The translations under genes were made by a program, and so were the position numbers. From contig JALMLS010000105.1 of the NCBI GenBank assembly GCA_038496445.1, positions 1 to 64,000 on the forward strand: a DNA stretch of 64,000 nt. The letters are read 5' to 3'. Each line of letters starts with the position of its first letter. The first letter of the stretch is position 1. This document shows, piece by piece, positions 26,124 through 39,000 of this stretch. The notes under the pieces were generated by a model. It saw only the letters and a program-made list of their open reading frames with translations, did no database searches and was not told the origin of the DNA. The stretch is from Trichosphaerium sp. ATCC 40318 (lineage: Eukaryota > Protista > Tubulinea).

Positions 26124-27155
26124 CTACTCAGTTGTTTCATCAATTTTCTTGATTATCATTGCTGCTAATAGAATAAAGGTTTCATTAACTACATATCAAG
26201 TTAGCCGGTTTTCTACATGCTATGTCATTACCATTGATTGCATCTTTCGAGGAAATTTCCATGTACTCCATCCCATGCTTATAAGCAAATACCTACACTA
26301 ATCAGCGTTTGACATCGCTAAATTGCAGTACCTGAGCAACATCATGATCAACAACACGTTCTTTCATGAGATCACTTTTTGTTCCAACAAGTATAGTTTG
26401 TACATTCTCTGGTGCATATCTTGCAACGTCTTGTGTCCACTTTTCGGTATTCTGAAAAGTCCCTTGGTTTGTAGTATCATACATCATCAACACGCCATGG
26501 ACACCTCGATATACATTTCCAATTGATCGGAATCTCTCTTGGTCTTAAACAAAACTTTTTTTAAAAAACCAGTCACTGGAATTCAAGGTCAAAAGAGCTC
26601 ACCACAAGTATCCCATATTTGTAACTTAACAGTTTTATCATGCACTTGTATGGTCTTCACTTTCTACATAATTTGGCATGTGTTAAAAACAAGAGGAAAA
26701 AAAGTAAAAGGTCAAAGGAACATGCTCATGTTTTTTTAAATTGTAGTTTTGATGTATTGAATTATCACGTGTATTGTGGACATAAAATCAAAGTGACGTA
26801 CAAAGTCAACACCAATTGTGGAGATGAATGAATCTGTGAATGTATCATCAACAAATCTAAGTACAGTACAACTTTTTCCAACACCAAGATCTCCAATTAG
26901 TTTTATTTTAAATAGATAATCACTAAAAAAAACTCGCGTCAGAAAATATAGGACTTGACAACAACAAAATGTACTAGTCTTGTGGATCCCTATTTGAGTC
27001 TAATGCAATGGTGTCAGTATCACTTTAAGAGTTTTTCCACTATTAAACCACAAAACAGCTCAAAAGTAGTTGTTTACGTGGAAATCAAGTTTTTAACAGT
27101 CGTCACCTTTTTTATTTCGTTTGCTATTACTCTCTTTACTGCTTTTACCACCCAT
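26124..27155 (-). CDS. Rab1-like small GTPase, N-myristoylation type (paralog 3)
   Basis: [16 protein letters not shown]|DSNRDPQDY|[40 protein letters not shown]|[20 protein letters not shown]|[17 protein letters not shown]...LVGTKSDL...EISSKDAIN|[21 protein letters not shown]. Confidence 0.9.
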
Positions 27156-27324
27156 TCTAGTTTTTTGTTTGTGTAAGTGAAAACCTAAACCGCAAAACTT
27201 CGTCTTGTAAAGTCAATTTTCGTCTTCACTTTTTGGAAGATAAAAAAAATCACGTGGAACATTGAACATGCTGTATAGTATGCACGCCACAATAGAGTAT
27301 CCAGATAGGCCATTAAACGATAAA

Positions 27325-28355
27325 ATGGACGAAAGTACAGATATATTAAATAGATTTGATCTATTAGACGTACCAACTGAGATAATCGCTCATTTGCTCG
27401 CGTTTGTTGATCGTTCTGGTCGATTTTCTGTTTCCGCAACCTGTAAACGGTTATTAGATATTATCCACTTTCACGTTGGATGCTACTCTATCAATGTTAA
27501 ATCAAGCGAGTGTTGTCGCCGGCTTTCAGGAAGTCCACTTCTCAAAAACACGAAAATATCTTTTGGCAATTTCCCAAAAGCATCAGACCATGACCTTGCC
27601 TTTCTTACTGGTATCAATGAACTGTCCCTTTTTGATAACGTTATAACAGACGAGGGATTGAAACAAATCATAGGTGTCCGTATTTTAAGAGTACAGTATT
27701 GTTCAAGAATAACAGACGCAGGGATAATACCACTTGTCAAAAACCTCAAAGAGATTTCATTGTGTAGATCCGCTGAAATCACTTCAAAAGGCCTTAAAGC
27801 ACTTTCTGGAATACCACGTGTTTATCTACCACACTTCTATCTTGAAGATGATGTAATGTTTTCTTTGGCTGGTGTACACACCATAGACTTACGTGAAACA
27901 TCATTAACAGATAAGGGTGTTTCAGCGTTAGCTGGAGTACATTCGATAAACTTGAGTTATACAAAAGTCACAGATGTAGGAATTTCAGCTTTGGCTGGTG
28001 TAGATACTATAGATTTGACTTATACGGCAGTTACAGATAAAGGAGTTATGGCATTGGTTGGTGTACATAAGATTAACTTGAGCTATACAAAAGTGACAGA
28101 CAGAGGTGTTTCAGCAGTTGCTTGTGTATACACAAAATACATCTTTCAGGCTGTAAAGGGATCACTGGGAAGTGTCTTAAAGACCTTGGAGGAGCACATA
28201 CTATTAATATATCGTATACAGATGCAACAGATGATTGGATTGTACATCTTTCTCGTGTACATGAACTAAGACTTTTTGGTTGTCAAAAACTTACAGGAGA
28301 ATGTATAAGTAACCTCAAACAAAAAGGGGTAACAATTCATTGGACAAATGATTAA
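27325..28355 (+). CDS. F-box / LRR protein with a frameshift near the C-terminus
   Basis: LLDVPTEIIAHLL F-box; LAGVHTIDL repeats; the repeat register continues in another frame (ORF 28122-28355) after about 28130. Confidence 0.8.
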
Positions 28356-28780
28356 ATACTGTAAACAACATTGTTCAAATAAAACCAGATTTCCTGACAT
28401 CACATACTTCATTTTCACTTTAGTTTAATACACGTGGAATAGACACAACAGCAATATTATCAGTTCTAAGCTTTTGCGTAACATCATCACAAACTACATG
28501 GTGCATTAGGAAACGCCAATAACGTAAACAGCCTGCTTGAAACTTAACTAAACCTAGTTCACTGGCGACTTTTGCACGACAAGAAATCTATCGTTGCCCA
28601 GCAATAAAGTTGCGATGTCAAGACTTAGAAGTACTTCTTGCAAATCAACCACAACTGCTTAGGTACTTTAGATAGTCTTGTCTTCACTAGACAGGGCTTA
28701 AAAAGAACAGCATTTGTGGAGATAAAATCGTGGAGACTCTTAATGATAGGCACGCAATAATGGCAATCTTTTAGACTTAG

Positions 28781-29374
28781 TTACAATACAGAACATTTAT
28801 TTTTTTTTACTCGTTTAAGCATAAAACTCTTCCTTTTTCTTTGACGTATCTTTTCTTGAGCTTCAGCGGCTATTATCATTCTAGCCAACTGAAAAAAAGT
28901 TTGTTGTACATTAACACGTTTTTTTGCTGATGTTTCAAAGAAAGGCGAAGAAAACTGTCGGGCAAAGTCTTGTCCTTTTGTCTTAGCTACTTGTCGACTT
29001 GCTTTAAGATCACTCTTATTTCCAGCTATAACTAACGGAGGAAAACGTTTTTCTCGACATTTTTTAATCGTATCCACAAAAGCTTCCAAAGAGTCAAAAG
29101 AATGACAGTCTGTTATGGAGTACACCAGTAAAATACCATCAGCATCTTTTATATACATATCTCTTAGCGCCGAATATTCTTGTAGACCAACAGTACCAGC
29201 TGTATCCAATATATCTAACACAGTCGATTTTCCATCAACAATTACAGCTTTTCTATAACCGTCTTCTATGGTTGGATCATATCCAACAATGAACTCGTTG
29301 TATAAGAACTGTATCGTTAATGATGATTTACCAGCACCACCTGATCCCATTACTACTATTTTATAGTTCGACAT
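28781..29374 (-). CDS. Ras-family GTPase, intronless, with a switch-II insertion
   Basis: GSGGAGKS, YDPTIEDGY, DTAGTVGLQEY, NKSD, ETSAK, polybasic tail and CaaX CSVL. Confidence 0.92.
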   Translation of the reverse strand: MSNYKIVVMGSGGAGKSSLTIQFLYNEFIVGYDPTIEDGYRKAVIVDGKSTVLDILDTAGTVGLQEYSALRDMYIKDADGILLVYSITDCHSFDSLEAFVDTIKKCREKRFPPLVIAGNKSDLKASRQVAKTKGQDFARQFSSPFFETSAKKRVNVQQTFFQLARMIIAAEAQEKIRQRKRKSFMLKRVKKNKCSVL

Positions 29375-30090
29375 GCTGCGTTACAGGCTTTGGTTGGGCG
29401 TTTTTTTTTCGGGAAGAACACAAGTATTCACCTAAACATAAAAAAAGGTTTTATTTTTCACAAAGGCAATAAATTCCATTCACCTAACAAACGGCAACGC
29501 GTACTATACTACAAGTCTTGACGGCATATCTACCTCGGTTTGTAGTTTTTGTGCGGTTTTTAAATCAAGTGCAGTACATGCCTGAACGATAAGATAATCA
29601 AGGATCTAGATTGTTGAATCTTTATTAACAATAGTCAGAAACGTTTAGCTAACACAAACACGTGAAACGCGTTAGAAAACACAGTTTAACAAGACCTTAC
29701 TTGTCTTTCGAACGTGTAAGAAAACCCATAATCACGTGACTGTAACCGCAATGACAACTAGCGCGTTTACACCGTACGTAATGTAACGCTACGGATCACA
29801 ACAACTTTTCCTTTGTAATTCAGGTAATGTCAATAAATGTTCAAAGTACCCAGTTTTAAGATGTTAACCGAGTCAGAAGTTCTGCCCAACAAACTCTACA
29901 CAGTGGCGCCCTTTAGCTGCGAAACAACATGCCTAACCGGCGCTCAACATTCAAATTCAAACAATGGGAACAAACGAGCAAGACGAGGTTACAACCAAAT
30001 AAATTCTAATTTTGTTTTTTGGCGTTTTGATTTTTTTTTTGAAACACAAACCTTTCTGGTTCTTTTGTTTTTTTTTTAAAATTACACGTT

Positions 30091-32577
30091 TTAACGGTCC
30101 ATTTGCTTTGTAGCTGTTTGCTTTTCAGGAGAAGGTTTTTCGGATACTGTTACAGGTGCTTCTAGTGATGCTTTTTCAGAAAGTTTTTCAAGCGAACAAG
30201 ACACATTAGGAGATGAAGGCGGTGATACTCCGTCTCCACTCTTTAACCTGCTTAATGCCCTAACTAGCATACAGGTATCATCGTCTAGGCCACTAGATGC
30301 ATTATCTTCTATATCATTTATGTACACGGCTGTCCTGCTCGTCAAGTATCCAGAAGATCCCATAGTCCGTCCATTAACTCTTTGAGCATTTGCTTGCCTT
30401 TCACAGTAGTTTTGAAGCGCCACTGGATACATTAATCGCATTATGGACTCTGGGAGTAAAATCTCTCGTCTGCCCTTCCATAATACTTTGTAAAAGGTCT
30501 CACCACGCTCTACCCTACAGCCTAATTGAAAGGATTTAGATCTTTTTGCTTGTTTTTTAGAAAAAAGTTAATGTCTACGCGTACTTAAAATGTTATGAAT
30601 ATCTTCTTCTTGGTTGCCGCTACCCTTTTAAAAGGCGTTAGAAGTGCTTAGGAAAATTATTAAGACTCACAGTTATATACACATCTGACGACATAACAGC
30701 AACAGCTTCTCTAAAATCGTCATCTAGGGGCTCCATCTCCAACTTATACTCCCATTTACCAGCGCTAACCATTTGTCTGCTAATTATTCTAGAAACTCCG
30801 TATTGATAAGACCCACGCCTTAGCGGCTTACTAAAGCATGATTTATCAGCAAGGATAAGAAAAAAAAACATTGACACCTACACGACCGAAATCGGTGCTC
30901 CCTGGCGTCAAAAGCGAAACCAAAACGTACTGTACAATTTTCCGTGGCCTACCACGTTTTTTTGGGGGACCTTTCTTAGTTACGCGTTTCTTAGGTCTAT
31001 ATGATTTTGAAGATGAAGAATCTTCATCATCTTCTCTCTTCCTCTTTCGCGTTTTTTGTGGTTGTGGTTTTAGCTTCTTTGCTAATTTTTTAGCAGCCTT
31101 AATATCAAGCCTAAACAACAACACTTTAGTACTACATAACAAAAAGGGTAAAAGAATCTTGAATGGTCATTTGTAATTTTTGTTCAAAACCATAAAACCA
31201 CGAGAAGCATGTTAATCTATCTCATCACTTACGCATAACAAAATATCTTCCCAAACGAAGCTTCAAGGGTGCGTTTATGTAAGATTAAAACATCAGGACC
31301 AGGTACTTTAATCAACCAAGCATTATCTTGAACATCACATCGTTGTATGGCATCTAACGTAATACTATTCTGTGCAGTAGCTCTAAAACAAAGGGAGAAA
31401 AAACCCCCAAGTCAGTATGGAAAAAAAAAAAAAAAAAAAGATCCATTTGTTGGGTTAAAAATGTAATGCTTAAACATGTTACTTACACCATTACTTTATT
31501 CCGTGCTGTATCTATTGTTTCATTTTGCAATCCCTTTTTTTTTTTTTTTGTAAGAACAAGAATTTTTTTTCAAACAATGAATGAATGAAAACAATCAAAA
31601 AAATACAGCAAGAGATCTTAACGTACCAGAACTAAAACAAGCTGAGGTACTTCTAATATAGCAACAGTATTACTTTCAATTATTTTTGAGCAAATTGCTT
31701 CATAATCAAGTTGTGTAGATGTCTTTGATTTTATAATAGCAACTTTTTTTGGTTTCACTGGTTTTGTTTTCTCTGGTGGCTTTTTTTCTGTAACAAGCTG
31801 GCTCAGTGACTTCTTACGTCTATCGGACTAATCTACTGTTAATATAGAAGCCATTCATTGGTATTAAATGTCGGACAGCCACTCACGTATGCTATTTTGC
31901 GCTTTGAAGTCTCTGTATTATTTTGTTGGCTCTTCTTTGCTGTTTCAGGCTGCTAAAGTGGAAAGAATGATTTAGAACGGCACTAGTGGCATTTGACTTT
32001 GTACTAAAATAGTTGATTATACCTTTGCCCAATAGGCATCCACAACCTCTTGGGAGTACATATTCGTTTCATTCTCCCATGTATTAAATCTCCTGTTGAA
32101 TCCTAACAAATGTCAGTCTGAGCGGATTATTGTGAAATCGCCTAAATAACGATGCAAGGAGTATGTACCTTTCCATTTTATGAAGTATTGAATAATATCT
32201 CCCTTTTGACGATGTTTTTCAATTTCTTCAACCTCGTACTCGACTAAATGCATAAATACAACGAATATAACAGAAAGTAATGTTTTAAATTGGTTTTAAA
32301 TCAGTTTTGAGCAATTTACCGTTAAATTTGCGGGAATACCATGACGTACCAGCCTTTGCGTTGTTCTCGAACGATTTTACTAGTTTAGAATGCCTGCCAA
32401 GTTTTTTTGCTTCTACCCACGATTTTGTCTTATTCTGCCATAAAACGCGGTACTGAAGCACTTGGCCATCCATTCGCTTGTCTAAAATATCGATAGGAGC
32501 CACATCTAACCACGTGAGCCCATAATCCTCTTTTTTTTGAAAACCCAAACGCGCTTACTCTTTTTCTTCTTGCTCAT
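30091..32577 (-). CDS. HP1-like multi-chromodomain protein with AT-hook and chromo-shadow-like C-terminal domain
   Basis: ILDKRMDGQVLQYRVLWQ; EYEVEEIEKHRQKGDIIQYFIKWKGF..NTWE; YGVSRIISRQMVSAGKWEY; KKRGRPRK; FYKVLWKG..MRLMYPVALQNYCE. Confidence 0.8.
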
Positions 32578-33150
32578 GGCTAATTACTGGCTTATAAAAT
32601 CAATTGATTCGTAAACAAAACAAAATAAAATATTACTATTGATTTTAAAGCGCTTTGACATGTGTTTTCGGTATGCTTTGTTGCACAACCATTTTAAGCG
32701 CTAAAATTGTAGCACAAAGAAAGTTGACGAAATTATGAAGCCGGAGTTGTTGTGAAATTGCTTAAATCCACTCACACAACAACCAAGTACTGCAAGAAGG
32801 CTGTAGTAATCCAAACTGAAACGTTTTATCGTGTCAAACGGCCGTTAATTCCTTATCGATAGTTTTCGGCATTTGCGTTTTTTGACTCGTAACATGGCTT
32901 TATATCTGGTTTCTAGCCTCTCTAGCCTATTTAAGATTCAATCTGTCGATGTGCTCTTTTTAAACCACTTACCTATTTTCGTACAATAGTAAAATTAGAG
33001 TCTACCCAACGGGTTCTAAAACACAGTGCTAAGCGTTTCCGATGAAACAAATCCAATTTAGGTTTAAAGTCGAAGTTAAGCCAATATACATGCACAAACT
33101 ACGCGTTTTCTTCCTTTATTGAACGTCCTCACCACTGATACATATTAACA

Positions 33151-35509
33151 ATGCACTGGCTCTTAATTATAATACTCACAGCAGGTACAATTCTACATGA
33201 AATATTTTTCCGCCCGTTGCCACCAGACAGCGTCATTGATGAATACAATGGTAACTGACCAATAAAACAAGGTGTTGTTGTATCGCAAGATTGGGCAGTA
33301 GATTTCCGCGTACCAGGCGTAGATATAGCAGTCGACAACAATATGGACAGTTTCCCCGACTTTCAAGAGAGAAACTCAAATGCTTTAAATATCACCGGTA
33401 AGAACAAAGAATAAGCCTCAAAACCTTTCTTTTTTAGAGATGCAACTAAAAACCTAATACCACATACACCATAAATATTTGTAGTTGCACACCTATTTCC
33501 ATATTAGTATTTTGTACCCGCATATGGATGAATTAGATTTAAAGCCAAAAAAACCTTACTAAACAACCTACATAGATGGTAATCTTGTTGTATTTGCCTA
33601 CGACGCAGTTGTTGATACAAACCCTATAAAGTATGTACTGTGCGACTATTTTTCGAACTTCAAAAATCTAGTCTCTATGGTGACCTAAATCTGTTTGTTT
33701 CTGATAAAAACGCCTAAGGCGTCTACCCCTTTTTGTGGATAATTTTTTTCAAACAATTTCAAAAGTCTCGCGTCATTTATCACTCATTTTTTTGTTTAGC
33801 AACTTTACAGAATCATTTCGTGTATGTGCCAGAGCCAGAGACTCCTCCGATTGTGGCAGTAATTCCGCAGCTAGTTCTACTTATGTAAGGTTTAAATCTG
33901 TGATTATTCAGTACTGATTTGTTTAAAACTAAAGGTAACATGGAACTACGATGGCACAGATATATACCAAACTATTATTTCAATCAAACGCAACTGTACC
34001 TTGACAGATACATACAATGTACAGATTATAGATGCTTGTCAACTACAGCCAAACTCAGACGTAGGAGTTATTATAGCAGAGAACCTAGTAGTATCCGTGG
34101 ACGGATATATAGACTACTGTGTACGCCAAACAGTTTTCAAACAACTTAACAGAAAAAAAAACAAAGAAAAAAAAGAGAAAGCTAACTTCATCTTGTAGGC
34201 TAATTTCTATCCTTCTTTGGGTGATGTGGATTTCCATGTACTAACAGATGGATCCTCAGGATCTACGTCTGGCAGTGTATCGTAAGTATACAGACAAAGA
34301 AGACCGTACAATGAAGTGGCTTACGTCTTTTTAGTTGCCCATTTGTACCAGGCAATCACCAATTGCGTGCCTCAATCTCAGGAAGAGGAGCTGGTTCCGT
34401 TGGTTTATTTACTTACTTCAACGTTGAATTCAACGCCACCATGGATCCTTATGTACCATACACACCTCCTCCAACAACAGCACCTCCTACTACTTCAGCT
34501 CCTACTACAACGGCACCAACGACACAACCGCCAACAACTCAGCCACCAACGACAGAAGCACCAACAACAGCTCCACCTACTACTGAAGCTCCAACAACCC
34601 AACCGCCAACGACAGAAGCTCCAACAACAGCTGCTCCAACAGCTCCACCAACTACTGAAGCGCCAACAACGCTTCCGCCAACTACAGCAACACCTACTAC
34701 TACAGCACCAACGACAGAACCTCCAACAACTCAACCGCCAACGACTGAAGCACCAACAACAGCTCCACCTACAACAGAGGCTCCAACAACACCTCCACCT
34801 ACTACTGAAGCTCCAACAACAGCTCCACCGACGACTGAAGCACCAACAACAACACCACCTACGACTGAAGCTCCTTTTGCAACAGATTGCCCAGGTGTAC
34901 AGCCAACGCCCACTACTTCATGTCGTCTTGGTACATGGACGTATGAGCCAGAGCCTAGAACAGTAACAGCGAACATAATTCTCCCAAAAGACCTTTTAGT
35001 AGAGGGTACGCAACCAGATTAAAGCTTCGAATGCTGTTTTTTTTGAATTGTCTAGTTTGACGACTTACTCGGTTTTTCTAGGTAATTTGACTCTGAGTGG
35101 AAGTTCTTCTATTACTATAAATAATCCAGAAACACAAATTATTGTAGAAGGGTGTCTTGATCTTCAATCTGAAGTTCTAAGAATCAAGCAAGCTAACACA
35201 GCCATTCCTGTTGATGACCTCGAGGTTATTATCCAGTGGAAGGGATTATGTGTTGTTAAAGTCACAAAAGCGATACTAGAGAGACCTAATGAAGAATGTG
35301 TTTCATCACCAGTGCCTTTAGGTATGTACAAGAAGCACATGTCTCGCTTTTTTATTGCAACTGTTTTTGCTAATTTTTTTTTCCTTTCAGCCAACATCCT
35401 CAAGATTGTTTGGAGTAAGGATGATTGTTCGCCAAGATCGCCTGCTATGAGGTTGAATGTTGTGAACGTATGGCTATTGCTAATTGTGTTTATTGCATTG
35501 ATACGTTGA
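33151..35509 (+). CDS. Secreted or GPI-anchored mucin-like surface protein
   Basis: Signal-like MHWLLIIILTA; about 135-aa Pro/Thr stalk; Cys-containing flanks; terminal hydrophobic VWLLLIVFIALIR*. Confidence 0.75.
34465..34875 (+). repeat. Coding PTTEAPTT(A/Q)P tandem repeats (about 30-nt unit)
   Basis: Visible in ORF 34363-35022. Confidence 0.9.
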
Positions 35510-36081
35510 CCATAAAAAATGTAACTATTTAAAAAATAATAATTCGAGAAATAAATGTATACTAATTCTTTACACTTGTGGCTCTTTGAACCAACCTATT
35601 TCGTCATTTACAACTTGTATTGTTACCAAAGAAAGTATGTACCATAGGCGTCTGTGCTTGGGGTTGTCCACGTGACATCATATTTTCCTTTTTGTACTTG
35701 AGAGCATAGAACTGTTGATATAAATGCTGTACAACATAAAATCAGGGTGTACTGAAACAGCATCTTAGCAGTGAAGGTGATTACCATTCTCAGTTCTACT
35801 GCCTACTGTATGAAACAGGGGGAGTAATATTACCGTTACAATAGAAAACAAGAACAAAAAAGAGGAGTTACAATCAGTTTATTGTGACAAAGTAAATAAA
35901 TGTTAAAAGCATTGTAGGTATACAATCTTGTTAGGGTTTTTGTGAGATGTTGTGTCACTTCAACAATTGTGTTTCTCCCTCCAAAAATTTCTTGACTAGT
36001 CTTTTTTTATTAACCACCAACACTACGTACTGGTGATAAGAGGAAGAGCCACAGCTCACATGTACAGCAAACGAGTACAAT

Positions 36082-39000
36082 CTAATCCTTAGTTTGCATA
36101 GATTGCTGCTTTTTAAGTGCCTAAGAAACAAAGCAGTCAGCAAAACATGTACGAATAGGACAAACAAATATTTGGGTTTAAGAACATACAGCAGCACCAA
36201 GGGATGCCATCAAACCTGCAGGAGGTACAGCCATATTGGTTTGTACGCTGGCTTGGACTGGTGTTGATTCTTCAGAAGCTTCAGAAGTCTTTGTACTGAC
36301 TTCACTGCGTTCAATCTCACCGTTGGCAATCTTCTCTTCACGTTCTAAAAACAATACAATCAACAAAACAACACTCTTTTAAGACTATTCAATGATACCT
36401 TTATGAAGTTTATCAGCTGGGTTTCCAGTTGTAGGTGGTCTTTTGTTTTCTTGTGTCAAGGCTCTGCTCTTATCTGTAAGTTTTGGTGTTCCAGGTAGGA
36501 GAGTAGAGCCATCCATATCGAGATCTGAGACGAGAGATTGAGAGTGTGAAAGTGGTGTTGGTTCTGCTCCGTCGTCTTGTTTTCTACACGAAAAAATTTA
36601 AGTATCAATGATGCAACAATGCAAAACGTACGGTTCTTCGCTTGCTTCAGGAGCAGCTTCGCCTTCATTTGCTTCTTCTACAGCTGGTTCTTCCTCAACC
36701 TTTTCAGGTTCTTCAGCTTTATCGTTTTCGGCTTCATCGGCTGCTTTGGCTTCATCCTCAGCTTTTTGGGCTTCCTCAGCTGCTTTAGCTTCTTCTTCAG
36801 CCTTTTTAGCTTCCTCGGCTGCTTTTTCTTCTTCTGCCTTTTTGGCGGCCTCCTCTTCAGCTTTTTTAGCTTCCTCAGCTGCTTTGGCTTCTTCCTCTGC
36901 CTTTTTGGCGGCCTCCTCTTCAGCTTTTTTGGCTTCTTCAGCTGCTTTGGCTTCTTCGGCTTTTTTGGCCTCCTCTTCAGCTTTTTTGGCTTCTTCAGCT
37001 ACTTTAGCTTCTTCAGCCTTTTTAGCTTCCTCAGCTGCTTTTTCTTCTTCTGCCTTTTTGGCGGCCTCCTCTTCAGCTTTTTGGGCTTCCTCAGCTGCCT
37101 TAGCTTCGGCTGCTTTAGCCTCTTCTTCAGCTTTCTTAGCTTCCTCAGCTGCCTTAGCTTCTTCCTCTGCCTTTTTGGCTTCTTCATCAACTGCATCATC
37201 ATTGGTAGGGGCAGCAGCACCAGGTAGCGCAACAGTAAATGGGCTTCCTGCAACGTGGTGGCCAGATATGACCAAAGACACGGTATATACAGCTAGAAAC
37301 AGTGTCAGATACAACCAAAAAAAAAAAAATCAAATTGTTGCTGAGGCTATTACGCACCAACAGCAGGAGGAGTGTACTCGATATCAAATGACGAGTTCTC
37401 ATTATCAAAAACTTCAGCTTCAACAGCACCATCTGGGCCAGTAATAGTAACAGATACATCATCAGTGGTTATACCAGTTCTCTTTGATCCCTAGATTGTA
37501 CGAATTAGTTTACAACAAAGCAAAAGAGATACCGTACGTCTTTATTCTCGCAGTACACAGTGAACAGAGCAAACTCTCCAGCAGCTAAGCGTTCACCTTC
37601 TAATCCCTTACCAGTGACACGGTCTCCATAAGGAGAGTCATTGCCAGTAGATGGCGCTGGTGTATCAACTTTAGCAGGGGCATCTTCGGCAGGTGCAACT
37701 TCTGCTTTAGGTTCTGGTTCTGGCTCAGCAACTGGCGTTTCTTCAACAGGTTCTGGTTCAGGTTTTGCTTCAACAGGCTCAGGTTCTGGTGTTGGTTCCT
37801 CTTTGACTGGTTTTGGTTCTGGTTCTGGCTCTGGCTCAGGCTCTGATGGTCTTGGTTGAATGGCAGGCGCTATTAATGGTGTGCCTGTAGGTGTGGATAC
37901 AGGTGTTTGCCCCAATTTGATTGTCCAAGGTGAACCTTGTACACGCTTGCCTTTAATTGTGGCTTTAATTACATAAGTACCTAATCTGTATTAGCGGTTT
38001 TCATTGCTACTATTAAAAATATGCGATTGCTTTAAAGCCACACTGCATGAAAACTTACCAGGCACCATTGGTGTCCATTCAACATCGTATGTGCAGTCCT
38101 CATTATCAAACCACTCCAACTCAGGTTGACCAGGTCCTGTTACTTCCAATACAACTCTGTCTTCAGGGATGAGGCATGCATTGCCCTAAAACAAAAAGTG
38201 TTTGTTTCAAGAACGCCATAATAAAAAAGTTGTTCGACAAAACAAAAACGTTTTTTCTTATTTACCTCAATATCGAATGTGTAAATAGTAAAGATACCAA
38301 AGTCTCCCAACACCATCTTTGACGCATCAAGTCCTTTACCTGAAGCCTTACACGGACCAACAGGAAGAATGAGCTCTTGCTCAACATGGGCGCGAATGGC
38401 TGCTTCTTCTTTGAGTTGCTTCTTTTGAAGTGCAATGCGAGCCAATCTTTCTTTTTCTTCCCTTTCTTCGCGAGCAACACGTGCCAATCTCTCTTCTTCG
38501 GCAATGCGTTTACGCTCAGCTTCCTCTGTACATCATATAAGTAAAGAATACACAACAAAGAGCACTGTACCGCGAAGCCACTTTTCTCTCTTTTCACGCA
38601 ACTCAACATCTCTGGAATCCTCAACCTTTCGGACTGGTTTTGGTTCATCTTTGGAGGAAGCAGCGGCTGGTTTCTTTCCTTTGAGCATAGCCATACGCTC
38701 TTTTAAGGACATACCACCGCGCTTGCGTTCAGCTTGCAAGGCTTTAGCTTCAGCATCTAACTTTTCTTTTGCTTCACGTTGGGTAGCATTGTTTGCTAAC
38801 TTCAACTTTTTCTTTTCTTCAGCTAAACGTTGGAGACGCTCTTCATCAGCTTTCTTCTCGCGCTCTAAGCGCGCTTGTCTGCTAGCCTCAGCTTGTGCTT
38901 TCTTCTCTTTCTCAGCTAAGTACAATGTTAGCTAAGTCATCCAATACAACCTGCTTTCGTTCTCCGAATGTACCTTTTAACCAAGCTTCACGTTTTGCTT

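Noticed and set aside
6823-29374. Integrated giant-virus genome segment
   Set aside because: No viral hallmark genes (capsid, polymerase, packaging ATPase); virus-like genes are interspersed with intron-rich host genes
34316-34976. Gln/Leu-rich and antisense ORFs
   Set aside because: Alternate frames of the PTTEAP repeat
36577-37444. Long plus-strand ORFs (216 and 278 aa)
   Set aside because: Antisense shadows of the KAEEEA repeat in the filamin-like gene
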